A model generated the notes under the pieces. That model did no database searches. It saw nothing but the letters and a program-made list of their open reading frames with translations, and had not been told where the DNA came from. A stretch of DNA of 64,000 bases, taken from NCBI GenBank assembly GCA_963849325.1, contig CAWKHF010000007.1, forward strand, positions 384,001-448,000, given 5' to 3'. The DNA comes from an uncultured Planctomycetota bacterium. GTDB taxonomy: Bacteria > Planctomycetota > Planctomycetia > Gemmatales > Gemmataceae. Position numbers and translations under genes: made by a program. Shown piece by piece: positions 21,469 to 31,876 of the stretch. Numbering within the stretch: the stretch's first letter is position 1; the number at the start of each line of letters is the position of its first letter.

Positions 21469-22727
21469 TCACGCGAGACGGCCCCTGGAGATAGCCTCCT
21501 GGTACACTCGCCGCACGATCTCGAATTTGTCCGTCCACTCGAATTCTTGCCGCGTGCGTTCAAATCCGGCCGCGCCCAGGCGACGTCGCAGGTCATCGTC
21601 GGCAGACAGACGCAGCAGCGCCGCGGCGAGGCCGTTGATATCGCCGCAACGGACGAGCAGACCGTCCTTCTCATCGCGGATGACCCAGCCGATGCCGCCG
21701 GCGCGATAGCCGAGGTTCGGCACGCCGTTGGCCCACGCTTCCAGCAGCACCAGGCCGAACGAGTCGGAACGGCTCGGCAGAGCGAACACGTCGATGGCGG
21801 CGAAGAAATCGCGCTTCTGTCGAGCGTCCAGCACGCCGAGACGGAGCACGCGGCCGGCCGGCCGATGGCCGCGCCAGAAGCTCTGGAAGTTCGGCATCTC
21901 CGGACCGGCGAGCACGAGCGACGAAGCGGCCCGCCTCGGCGCCAGGCGCGTTCCGCCGCACGCAGCAAATCGACGCTGCCTTTCTCGCGGCTGTTGTTGG
22001 CGAGATGGCCGATCACCACGTCATCGGACGCGACGCCCCACTCCGCCCGCGCTCGGCGGCGGTCGCCGCCGGTGCAGGACGTCGCGGTCCAGGCCCATGC
22101 CTTGCAGGACCAGGCGCTCGTCGGGGATGCCGCGCTCGAGGAAAGCCTGACGCTCGCCCTCGGTCTGCACGAAGATGCGATCGGCGGAATGGGCGAGCGA
22201 CAGCAGGGCGGGACTGGTGTAGGCGCGGCGCGTGCGGTCGTGCGGGTCGGCCGGATCGCCGAGGTGCAGAAACGGTGTCAGCACGAACGGCACGTCCAGC
22301 CGCCGGGCCAAGCGGCGCGCACAGGCAAGCGGCCAGCCATAGGGAAACGCGGTGGCGTGGACCACGTCGAAGCGCTCGCTCCGTTCGGCCAGACTCGACC
22401 CACATGCGCCAGGCGATCGGATTGCACGAAACCGTCAGGCACTGCCAGGGCCGGTACGGCAGGAGCGACAGTGCCTTGAGGACGCGCGTCTGGTAGGGCA
22501 GGTGCCAGAGGCGATAGCGGCGGACCTCCACGCCGTCCTCGATGCGGCGGCCGGGGCGGAGGCAGCGGCCGGACGTGGACCAGAAGGCCGGCAGGTCCAC
22601 GGCGGTGGTGGTGAAGACGGTGACGCGCATCGCCGGCGGCGGCCAGGTGGCGGCTGAGGCGGGCGAAGTAATCCTCCGAGCCGCCCAGGGCCGGCGGATA
22701 GCGCTGCACGAAATGCGCCACGCGCAT
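21469..22727 (-). CDS. Glycosyltransferase family 4; frameshifted
   Basis: MRVAHFVQRYPPALGGSE; EKG; VFALPSRSDSFGLVLLEAWANGVP. Confidence 0.82.
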
Positions 22728-22840
22728 GCTGCCTCCCGGATAGGCGCTGCCGCGCCGCGAGTCGATCCGATACAATGCTACAAACTTCGGCCGTCGCCGC
22801 GTAGCCGCAAGCGGCCCAGGCAGGCGAGGGGACCACCGAC

Positions 22841-24029
22841 ATGATCGCCGTCTCGAAAATGGCCGCCGCCGTGCAGCCGTCGGCCACGCTGGCCGCCGGC
22901 GCCAAGGCCAAGCAGATGAAGGCCGAGGGCGTCGCCGTCTACGACTTCAGCCTCGGCGAACCGGACTTCGCCACGCCCGAACACATCTGCGCCGCCGCCG
23001 TCAAGGCCATGCAGAAGGGCCACACCCGCTACACGCCCGCCTCCGGCATCCCCGAGCTGCGCGCCGCCGTCGCCCGCTCCTATCAAAAGACCTACGGCAT
23101 CTCCTATACGCCGGAACAGGTCGTCATCTCCAACGGGGCCAAGCACTCGCTGCACAACGCCCTGGCCGCCACCGTCGGACCCGGCGACGAGGTCATCATC
23201 CCGACGCCGTACTGGGTCAGCTACAGCGACCTGGTGCAGATGACCGGCGCCAGCTACGTCCTCGTGCCGACGAAGATGGAGACCGGCTTCAAGATGACGC
23301 CGGCACAACTCCGCGCCGCCGTCACGCCGCGCAGCCGGCTGCTCATGCTCAATTCGCCGAGCAACCCGACCGGCTCCGTCTACACGCGGCAGGAGCTGGA
23401 GGCGCTGGCCGACGTCGTGCTGGAGAAGAACCTGGCCGTCCTCAGCGACGAGATTTACGAACGGCTGGTGTTCGGCGAAGCCAAGGCGACGTGCTTCGCC
23501 ACGCTGCGGCCGGGGTTGGCCGAGCGCACCATCACCATCAGCGGGGCGAGCAAGACCTACGCCATGACCGGCTGGCGCATCGGCTGGGCGCTGGGGCCGA
23601 CGGCCGTCATCAAGGCGATGGGCAACATCCAGAGCCAGCAGACCGGCTGCCCGTGCAGCATCAGCCAGTACGCGGCGCTGGCCGCCCTCGAGGGCGATCA
23701 GGAGTGCGTCGAACACATGCGCCGCGAGTTCGAGGTCCGGCGCGACCTGGTGTGCGATCGGCTGCGGAAGATGCCGGGCGTCAAGAGCTTCGTGCCGGAG
23801 GGGGCGTTCTACGCCTTCTTCGACGTGTCGGCCCACTTCGGCCGGACCCTGGCCGGACGCCAAGTCACCGACTCGACTAGCTTCTGTCAGGCGGCGCTGG
23901 AGTGCGCCCACGTCAACGTCGTTGCCCGGCGCCGCCTTCGGCGCCGAGGGCTACGTGCGGCTGTCCTACGCCGCCAGCCGCGAGCAATTGCAGGCGGGAC
24001 TGGATCGATTGGAACAGTTTCTGCGATAG
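22841..24029 (+). CDS. aspC: PLP-dependent class I/II aminotransferase (aspartate aminotransferase-like); frameshift near 23925
   Basis: GEPDF, YTPASGIPELR, NSPSNPTG, SDEIYE, SKTYAMTGWRIG; alternate frame gives PGAAFGAEGYVRLSYA. Confidence 0.88.
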
Positions 24030-24040
24030 TTCGTATCCGG

Positions 24041-24079
24041 CTGCTGGCGGCCTAGCGCGGAATGCCAGGCCGCCAGCAG
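24041..24079. repeat. Intergenic palindrome, variant of the GCCGCTTGCGGCTTAG repeat
   Basis: CTGCTGGCGGCCT ... AGGCCGCCAGCAG. Confidence 0.6.
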
Positions 24080-24096
24080 TCGGCGCGAGGTGAACC

Positions 24097-25095
24097 ATGA
24101 GTTCCCTTTCCTCCCATCCGTCGAACGGCCCCAAGGGCGTGCTGCTGCTGACCGAAGAGGACGTGCGCCGCCTGCTGACGATGGACATGGCCCTGGAAGC
24201 GGTCGAGCAGGGGCTGCGCAAGCTGGCCCTGGACGAGGCGATGAACACGCCGCGGGCGCGCGTGCAGACCGACCATGCCATGCTGCACATCATGTCGGCG
24301 TCGGCGAAGTCGCTGGGCGTCATGGGGGCCAAGCTGTACGCGACCAGCCGCAAGGGCGGAGCGCGCTTCCTGCTGCCGCTGTTCGACGGCAAGACCGGCG
24401 CCCTGCTGTGCCTGATGCAGGCCGACTATCTCGGCCAGGTGCGCACCGGGGCGGCCAGCGGCGTCGCCACGCAGCTACATGGCCCGGCCGGACGCCACCG
24501 AGGTCGGCCTCTACGGCAGCGGCAAGCAGGCGCGCACGCAGGTGCAGGCCGTCTGCCGGGTGCGGCGCATCCGGCAAGTGCAGGTCTACAGCCCCAACGA
24601 GGAACGCCGCCGTCGGTTCGCCGCCGAGATGAGCGAGGTATGTCAGACCGAGGTGGTGCCGGTGCCCCGGCCGGAGATGGCGGCGGAGGACAAGGACATC
24701 ATCATCACGGCGACGACCAGCCGCGAGCCGGTGCTCTACGGCCACTGGATCGCCGAGGGCACGCACATCAACGCCATCGGCTCGAACTTCCTGGGCAAAG
24801 CCGAGCTGGACAGCCGCCGCCGTGCGCCGCTGCGCCGTCGTCGCGGTGGACAGCAAGGACCAGGCGCGCCTCGAGGCGGGCGATTTCCAGCAAGGCGCTG
24901 GAGGACGGCTCGCTGCACTGGGCCGACGTGCGCGAACTGGGGCAGGTCATCGTCGGCCGTTACCCCGGCCGCAAACATCCGCAGGACGTGACGCTGTTCA
25001 AATCGCTGGGCATCGCCATCGAGGACGTCGCCGTCGCCGCCCGCGTCTACGCCCGCGCCGTGGCCGAGGGCGTCGGCAAAACGATCGAATGGTGA
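24097..25095 (+). CDS. Ornithine cyclodeaminase/mu-crystallin family protein; two compensating frameshifts
   Basis: RTGAASGVAT, YGSGKQA, GTHINAIGS, TLFKSLGIAIEDVA. Confidence 0.85.
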   Translation: MSSLSSHPSNGPKGVLLLTEEDVRRLLTMDMALEAVEQGLRKLALDEAMNTPRARVQTDHAMLHIMSASAKSLGVMGAKLYATSRKGGARFLLPLFDGKTGALLCLMQADYLGQVRTGAASGVATQLHGPAGRHRGRPLRQRQAGAHAGAGRLPGAAHPASAGLQPQRGTPPSVRRRDERGMSDRGGAGAPAGDGGGGQGHHHHGDDQPRAGALRPLDRRGHAHQRHRLELPGQSRAGQPPPCAAAPSSRWTARTRRASRRAISSKALEDGSLHWADVRELGQVIVGRYPGRKHPQDVTLFKSLGIAIEDVAVAARVYARAVAEGVGKTIEW

Positions 25096-25105
25096 AAAAC
25101 GCCAT

Positions 25106-25139
25106 GCCGCTTGCGGCTTAGCCCTAAACCGCAAGCGGC
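25106..25139. repeat. GCCGCTTGCGGCTTAG-family REP palindrome between convergent genes (possible terminator)
   Basis: GCCGCTTGCGGCTTAG-cc-CTAAACCGCAAGCGGC. Confidence 0.75.
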
Positions 25140-25152
25140 CACGGATATCTCC

Positions 25153-26810
25153 TCAATACGTGAATTCCAGCCCGAAATTGACGCCCTGCGCCCAGAAGCC
25201 GGTCTCGTGAAAGACGGCGGCCGGATGCTGGCCCGCCACCGGCGCCAGCGGAGGACTGACGGCGAAGTTCGGAATCTGCGTCACGTCCAGGCCGCGGTCG
25301 ATCGAGGTGCCCGGCCGAATCACATTGCTCCAGTACAGGAAGTTGTAGCCGATGAAGCCGCGCAAGCACGGCAGGATCTGATAGCCGAGGTTGAAGGTAA
25401 CTTCCGGCACGACGCTGAAGACGTTGTTGCTGTGTCGGCCGATGTTGCTTGGCAGGGCGAGCAGTCCGCCGGTGAAGTTCTGCACGGTGCCGCCGGGCAG
25501 GACGAAGTGCTGGCCGCCGTCGATGTTGAGCTGCTGGGCCGTGTCGCCGAGGGCGACCTTGACGCGCGTGTCGAGGCTCCAGCGGCCCCAGTACCAGCGC
25601 GCATCGGCGCCGACTTGGCCGCCATAAAAATGGTTCTGCGTCGAGAAGCGGTCAAAGACGTTAATCAGGGCATTCGTGAAGGGAGCCGGCGCGGTCGATT
25701 CGCCCTGAATGTTTTCCGTAATGGTGAGGTTCTCGTCCAGGTTGATGTTACGGAAGCCGGCCAGGGCGGTGATGCGATAGTTACATCCGCAGCAGAGCAG
25801 GCAGCGGAAATTGCCTTCCAGTCCCCACAGGCTTGTCGGCGCATGGATCGCCAGCGTGCCGGTCCCCAGGCCGGGCAGGGCCGTCAGCTGGGCCGACTCC
25901 TGATTGTTGTTCACCTGCAAAAATGGCCGGCCGATAACTGGATTGTTGAACGAATTGGCCGTGAAGTTGGTGGCGGCCGGCCCGAGGAAGAAGCCGCCGA
26001 TCTCGATGGCCTTGCCGCAGTCGTCCAGCCAATAGCCGGCCGTGAAGCGGCCGCCGGAGAACGGCCCGGTGTTGATCGAGTTGCCGCCGAACAGCACGGT
26101 GGTGCTCGGCGCCCCCAGGATGCCGAAATCGCCGGGGTGCTGGTCGTGGCCAGCACCGGGACATTATCGCCCTTGAGCCACCACAGCAGGTATTCGCCGC
26201 CGACGTACAAGCGCGGACGCAGAGGATTGGGGCCGAGTCCGAACGCCGGATCGACGCCGTCAGGCGCCGGCGCATCGGAAGCTGTCGGGCTCCAGTTGGC
26301 GTTCCAGCTAGGCATCCAGGCGGGGGCCGTTTCCGCTAGACCGGCGGAGGGTGCCGAGGACGAAGCGGCGGAATACGGGGCGGCGTTGGAGGTTTGCACA
26401 ATGGGGCCGAATGGCCCGATTGGAGGTCGCGGCCCCGGCCGCCGCAGAGGCCGTTCGACTGCGAATTCCGTCTCGCTGGCTTCCACGTCCTCCGTGTCCG
26501 GGAGCATGGCCGGAGGCGCGACGGGCGCGCTGACGGCGATGATCTCAGGTGTCGGCTGGGACGGAGCTTCCGTGGGGATCGGCGAGGCCTCGTAGCTAAC
26601 GGGGAGGATGCCGCCGAGCAACGGGTCCGGCGACGCCGCTTCCGCCGCCGTCGGCGGTTTCAGGGCGACGGGCCGGCCGAGGGTGACGCCGGGCGCCTCC
26701 GCGTCCGGCGGACTGTCCACGGCCCGCCACTGCACGTCGTCGGCGATCGGGTCCGCGCCCCCCGCGAACAGGGCGAGGATCAGACCGCCGATCCACAGGC
26801 CGTTCTTCAT
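25153..26810 (-). CDS. BBP7-family planctomycete outer-membrane beta-barrel protein; frameshift near 26130
   Basis: Signal peptide, Pro-rich linker, YVGGEYLLWWLKG, TQNHFYGGQVG, GYNFLYWSNVIRPG, C-terminal FWAQGVNFGLEFTY beta-signal. Confidence 0.8.
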
Positions 26811-27203
26811 GGTCCCCTCACCCCCTCGAACGGGCCGACCGCGACCGGCGCGGTCCACGAGCGGAGCGAGCCCCGTCGTGAGGCAGGACGGTCCCGCCGG
26901 AGACCGGCGATGGACGCACTGCCCTCCCCCACAGGTTTTTTCGGCTAACCGGCACAACAAAAAAAAGTCCTTTTCGCGGACGAATCGGCACATTCGACCG
27001 GCGCAGGCTTCGCCGTGGGACCGGCGCCGTCCGGTTAGGCCCGCGAGAAGACCCCATTTCCCGAAGTTTCTCTGTCCGCCCCGCTTGCCGCGCGGGGGGA
27101 TTGGACTTCACCGTCGCGGGTTTTTCGTGGTAAGAACTCCGTCCGCCAACGCCCTGGCGTTCGCCCCAGACCCAAACGGAACATGAATGAAGGAGATTTG
27201 TGG

Positions 27204-27729
27204 ATGAATGCGCTTGAGACCTTCCTCGGTCGCCGCCTTCTTCCCCTCCTCGTGATTTGCGGCAGCTTGGCCAGCTCCCCCTCGCCCCTCCGCGCGACGC
27301 CCTGGTCAGCGACCTGACCGATAGGGCGCACCCCGGTTCGATCAACGCCCGCGCGGATCGGGCCTCCACTCAGGTTGTCTACCGTGCGCCGGGGGAGAGG
27401 GAAGTAACAGAGGCGAGGGCCAGACACGTCGAGCCGGCGCGCTGGGAAGCCTGGCGGCACTGGCGGTCATCTTTATTTTTTCGCCCGATAGCGCTGCCGT
27501 GACCCTGCCGCCTACTCCGCCTCTCCAACAACCACAACAACAACAACAGCAACAACAACTAATCCCGCCCGATGGCAGTGGGCAGATCAGCAGTATTCCG
27601 CCGACCGTGCAGGTTACCACCCCCGAGCCGGCGAGCCTGATGCTGGCGCTGGCCGGTTCGGCAACGGCGGCCGTGCTGACCCTGGTTCGTCGCCGACGCC
27701 GGATGTCGGGGGCAGTCGAGGCGGTGTAA
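27204..27729 (+). CDS. PEP-CTERM sorting-signal protein with Pro/Gln-rich linker; frameshifted
   Basis: AGGAG RBS, signal peptide MNALETFLGRRLLPLLVICGSLASSPSPLRA; C-terminal TPEPASLMLALAGSATAAVLTLVRRRRR. Confidence 0.75.
27526..27558 (+). repeat. (CAA)n microsatellite encoding poly-Gln
   Basis: CAACAACCACAACAACAACAACAGCAACAACAA. Confidence 0.85.
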
Positions 27730-27747
27730 GACGACGAACGAGGTCCC

Positions 27748-27810
27748 GTTTAGCCGCGACGCGCAGCGGAGCGCGATAGTATCGTGCTCCGCTGCGCGTC
27801 GCGGCGAAAC
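27748..27810. repeat. REP-like palindrome
   Basis: GTTTAGCCGCGACGCGCAGCGGAGC ... GCTCCGCTGCGCGTCGCGGCGAAAC. Confidence 0.85.
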
Positions 27811-27817
27811 CAGAAGA

Positions 27818-27866
27818 CCCGCCGGCGTGGAGCAATGATCCACGCCGGCGGGCCTTTCTTTTCTTT
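27818..27866 (+). terminator. Rho-independent terminator after the PEP-CTERM gene
   Basis: 14-bp stem CCCGCCGGCGTGGA/TCCACGCCGGCGGG followed by CCTTTCTTTTCTTT. Confidence 0.8.
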
Positions 27867-27886
27867 ACGCACGATCGAAAATTAAC

Positions 27887-28351
27887 TCACCGAGGCTTCA
27901 CCGGCGCCTTCCCCGGAGGCTGAGGGGCGTTGCTTGGTTGCCGCGGCATAAAGGGATTGGTGGGCGTGCGCGAACTCTGGTTCATGCCGCCGAGATAGGA
28001 GCCGGTGTAGCCGAGCGCGGTGGGGTGGCCCGTCGGAGGCAGCGGGGTATCGAAATCGATCTCCTCCGTTATGCCCGGGGGCGCCGGCAGTCGGTTCGGC
28101 ATTGTCTGGAGCGAGTTATAGATGCGGTTGCGGTCTTCGCGGCGCTGGAACTCGGGCACCACGCCGATGTAGTAGTTGGCCGCCGGATCGCCGCCGCGCA
28201 GCATGTTGAGGTAAGGGCTGAGCTGCGTCTGGTAGCCGGGTCCGTAGCGTGGTGGCTGAAACGGATAGGCGAACTGGGCCGCTGCAGGATCGACTCCCAG
28301 GGCGAGAAGGACGAACAGGGCAGCGAGGAGAGGCAGGATGGAACGCTTCAT
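27887..28351 (-). CDS. Secreted Pro-rich hypothetical protein
   Basis: AGGAGG RBS; signal peptide ending AAA; LSPYLNMLRGG...NYYIGV..PTGH. Confidence 0.75.
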   Translation of the reverse strand: MKRSILPLLAALFVLLALGVDPAAAQFAYPFQPPRYGPGYQTQLSPYLNMLRGGDPAANYYIGVVPEFQRREDRNRIYNSLQTMPNRLPAPPGITEEIDFDTPLPPTGHPTALGYTGSYLGGMNQSSRTPTNPFMPRQPSNAPQPPGKAPVKPR

Positions 28352-28471
28352 GACATCCTCCTGTGCGTGGTGCCGGCAGACGATTTCCGAAGGGATGCGG
28401 ATGGCGAAGAGGAGGTAGGGATTCGCGGCGCATCTACCTCCTCATCTACAGCGTACCCGTCTCCGCACCAC

Positions 28472-28593
28472 CGGGCAAGACCTCGGAGTGCCCTGGCCGG
28501 CATTCGATGTCTTCCGGCGCCCGCACAATCATCCCATCGGAGCCGCGACCGTGAGGGAGCGGGGAGAACACCGCTCCCTCATGATCGCGGCTC
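28472..28593. repeat. Two adjacent intergenic REP-like palindromes
   Basis: GGCAAGACCTCGGAGTGCC...GGCATTCGATGTCTTCC (imperfect) and GAGCCGCGACCGTGAGGGAGCGG...CCGCTCCCTCATGATCGCGGCTC (28540-28593). Confidence 0.75.
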
Positions 28594-28597
28594 GGAC

Positions 28598-29971
28598 TTA
28601 ACGGATGACGGCTCCCGTACCGAGGCCGCTCACGGCACCTACGCCAATGCCAGTGCTGCCGAGCTTGATCGTGTTGACCGTGCTGGCACCCAGCAAGGTT
28701 GCACCGAAGCCACGCAGCAGCGGCGACAGGCGCTTGGCCAGGTAGCTGTCGAAGCGGATCCAGCAGTCGGACTGCACGTAGACGCGGTCGCCGGGGAAAA
28801 TCTGGTAGTTGGTGGCGCCGGAGCCGCACTCGGTCACGGCGCGCCAATCCACGGGCAGAACCTTCGGCGGCTGCCCGGCGCGGGTGGCGCGGGCCACCCA
28901 GATCTTCTTTTTCGTCGCCACCGCCGGCAAGCCGTTCACCTTGGCAATGGCGTCCAGCACGGTCTCGTTGCCGGTTATCAGGATGGGATAAACCTGTTGG
29001 CCGTAACCGCCGCCGTCGGTGATGACGTAGTAATACTTGCTGTTGTAGCTGAGCACGTCCACCTGCATCTCTTTCTTGATATCCTCCACCGACTTCTCGG
29101 TATTGAACTGCCGGAGGCGCGTGGCCACCGCGTCGCCGATCTGTTCGAGCGTCATGCCGGTCACGTACACCTTGCCATAAATGCCAAGGTTCACGGTCCC
29201 GTCGGGGCCGACGTAGTGCTGGCCCTCGACGCGCTGGAGTTTGAGCGTCACGCTCGGGGACGCCTGGATGAGCAGGACGTCCGGCGGCTCGACCACGTAG
29301 GGAGGCAGGCTCTGTTTCTCGAACTCGCGCGGCATGGCCGGGGCGTTCGGGTGGATGGACGCAAGCGGTCCACGAGGACCGGACATGCCGCCGTCGTAGA
29401 TGATGACGGGCGCCGGTTGCAGCGTCCGCGGTGGAGGCAGTGTGGTCCCAGCGGGAGGCGCGGCGGCGTCCGGCGGATCGTCGGAGCGGATGCCGGCGTT
29501 GCCGTACACCGGCGAGAGGCCGCGCAGGGGCGAGCCGGGTCCGGCGACCGGCGCCGCCTGCGGAGCGCCTTGCGGCATGGGGGCCGGCAGGACGCCGGCA
29601 ACCTCGGTTCCGGTTGCGGCCTGCTCGGCGCTGACTCGCTGCACCGGCTGCCACGAGCTGGCGATGACCCTCGAATTGTCCGCCCCCGCAGCCGGGGGCA
29701 CCGGCTGGAGCGCGAGCGGCGACGCGGCCGGAGGCTGGGCCGTCGCCGGCAGCGGCGCCGAGACGCCGACGGTCGGCGCCTGATTGCCTCCCATGGGGGC
29801 CGGATCGCGGAAGTGAGAGAGCAGACCGCTGGCCGCCTGGCCGGTTTCGTTGGGGATGGCGAAAGCGTCGTGGTCGGGGGTGTGGCTCGACTGGCAGCCC
29901 GGGCCGGCCATGAGCAGGCACGTCAGGGCCACCGTCCCAGCCAGGAGCGATCCTCGGCGTCTGACAGGCAT
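28598..29971 (-). CDS. wza: Polysaccharide export (OPX/Wza) lipoprotein with Pro-rich N-terminal extension
   Basis: Lipobox-like AGPGC; PYVVEPPDVL, VGPDGTVNLGIYGKVYVTGMT, TGNETVLDAI, NYQIFPGDRVYV. Confidence 0.85.
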   Translation of the reverse strand: MPVRRRGSLLAGTVALTCLLMAGPGCQSSHTPDHDAFAIPNETGQAASGLLSHFRDPAPMGGNQAPTVGVSAPLPATAQPPAASPLALQPVPPAAGADNSRVIASSWQPVQRVSAEQAATGTEVAGVLPAPMPQGAPQAAPVAGPGSPLRGLSPVYGNAGIRSDDPPDAAAPPAGTTLPPPRTLQPAPVIIYDGGMSGPRGPLASIHPNAPAMPREFEKQSLPPYVVEPPDVLLIQASPSVTLKLQRVEGQHYVGPDGTVNLGIYGKVYVTGMTLEQIGDAVATRLRQFNTEKSVEDIKKEMQVDVLSYNSKYYYVITDGGGYGQQVYPILITGNETVLDAIAKVNGLPAVATKKKIWVARATRAGQPPKVLPVDWRAVTECGSGATNYQIFPGDRVYVQSDCWIRFDSYLAKRLSPLLRGFGATLLGASTVNTIKLGSTGIGVGAVSGLGTGAVIR

Positions 29972-30360
29972 GTCCCGATCCTCGGTTGTGGGGTTCGCGG
30001 CGTCCAAGCGGCGAGCAGCGGCACAGAAGGACGCCGACGCAAAGGCCCCAGCGGATGCTCCCCATCCGCGCCCTTCCGTGGGCTTCCATTCCGGGAGCGG
30101 GACGCAATCTATCCCACCCACCGAAGTTATCGGTAGCGCCGCCGACCCGGTCTGAACCCGGCTTGCCCCAACGACGCGACTGCGGCTCGGCTCGCAGGTT
30201 AAGGCTGCTATAACAACGCCGGTCCACCACGCCATCACTATCTTGCCCTGTTTGCCAGGTGCGCCTTTCCCCCGGATGGGGCCGTCCGCCTCACAAAGCC
30301 CGTCGTGGCCGGACTCGCCAGATCCTTCGCTCCCCCCACTTGAACACGTGCGAACGTGTC

Positions 30361-30390
30361 TTGACTCCCGACGTGAACGGGCAGTAAGAT
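30361..30390 (+). promoter_or_regulatory. Putative sigma70 promoter of the exosortase/EPS operon
   Basis: TTGACT-N18-TAAGAT in the wza/exosortase divergent intergenic region. Confidence 0.45.
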
Positions 30391-30611
30391 TCTCTCTCGC
30401 CGAAGACTGCCCCGCGACACGAACGCATCGGGGCATTGATACATGAGAATGGATTGGTCCCGGAATCCCGAGGACGCAGGGGTCGCCGTGTTGGCTCGGC
30501 AGGGAATGCCGGCCACGGCAAGGATCCTCCGGTCCTCACATGAGTCCAGGTGATTCCGTGACGGGCCGTTCGATCTGTCGATCCGGCCCGCGTCATCATG
30601 GAAAGGATGCC

Positions 30612-31623
30612 ATGACTTCCCCGACCGTCAGCCCTCCAACTCGGTCGTTTGCTCCGCTTGTCCCTCTGCTGGTGCTGTTCGCCTGCCTGACCTGGGCGTT
30701 CTGGCAGCACCCTGACCGAGCTGGCCCACGTCTGGAAGACCAACGACCAGTATTCGCACGGCTACCTGGTGCCGGGCTTCGCGCTGCTGTTGCTCTGGCT
30801 GCGGCGCGATCGTCTCGACCGTCAGGCCGCCCGGCCGAGCTTCTTCTTCGGCGGCCTGCTTCTGGCGCTGGGCATCGGTCTGCGCCTGGCCGGCGTCTAT
30901 TATTATTACCTCTGGCTCGACACCATCTCGATCGTGCCGTGCGTGGCCGGCGTGTGCTGGCTTCTGGGCGGCTGGGCGGCCTGGCGCTGGGCCTGGCCGG
31001 CCGTCCTCTATCTCACTTTCATGATCCCGCTGCCGTACCGCCTGGCCACCGCCATGTCGGCGCCCTTGCAGAGTTTGGCCACGACGACCAGCACCTTCAT
31101 CATGCAAGCCATCGGTCTGCCGGCCTTGTCGGAGGGCAACGTCATCGTCCTCAACGAGGCCCGCATCGGCGTCGTCGAGGCGTGCAGCGGTCTGCGCATG
31201 CTGGTCGTCTTCGCCGCCCTGTCGGCGGCGATGGCCTTGCTGACGCGCCGGCCGTGGCTGGACAAGCTGATCCTGCTGGTCAGTGCCGTACCCATCGCCA
31301 TCGTGTCGAACATCCTTCGCATCACGGCCACGGGCATCCTGCACGAGACGACCAATAGCGAGACGGCCAACGCCTTCTTCCACGACCTGGGCGGCTGGCT
31401 GATGATGCCGCTGGGCCTGCTGTTGTTGGCCGTGGAGTGGAAGATCCTGTCTCACCTGTTCGTCGATCCGCCGCCGGCCCCGAAGCGAGAGGTCCGCGAT
31501 CCCTCGCTGCGACGAATGCGGAGGCCGATGCCGGTACGACAACGCCAACCACGGCCGACGGCGCCGCCACGCCCGGCGGAAGCGCCGCCCGTGGCCGTCA
31601 ATCCCGCCGCGGAGCGGGCCTGA
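30612..31623 (+). CDS. epsH: Exosortase (EpsH/Xrt family); frameshift near 30705
   Basis: WKTNDQYSHGYLVP, FMIPLP, VVEACSGLRML (Cys), NILRI (Arg), FFHD (His); multi-TM. Confidence 0.9.
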
Positions 31624-31876
31624 GCGGCTCAAGCCCGCCGGCGCCGGAACGCCGGCGGGACGCTCGGATCGGAACCCAGAGAAGAAGCACGAACGATCAC
31701 CAACGGAGCCGCACCCGCCGAACCGCGACCGTTCCTCCTCCAATAAGGAGATAGGCCCGGTCCCTGTCCGGCGAGCACTCCGGCCGTACCGCGTTCTCTC
31801 GGAGGACCGATCCGCTCTCAGGACGAGGCGGTCCCTCCGCTGGGATGGACAGACTCAAGGATAGGGAGGTCCAAGC

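Noticed and set aside
27938-30136. 732-aa + strand ORF, and many similar long antisense or alternate-frame ORFs (25111-26595, 22778-23911, 41188-42855, 50942-52369)
   Set aside because: Shadow ORFs opposite well-supported genes, expected in high-GC DNA; no recognisable motifs
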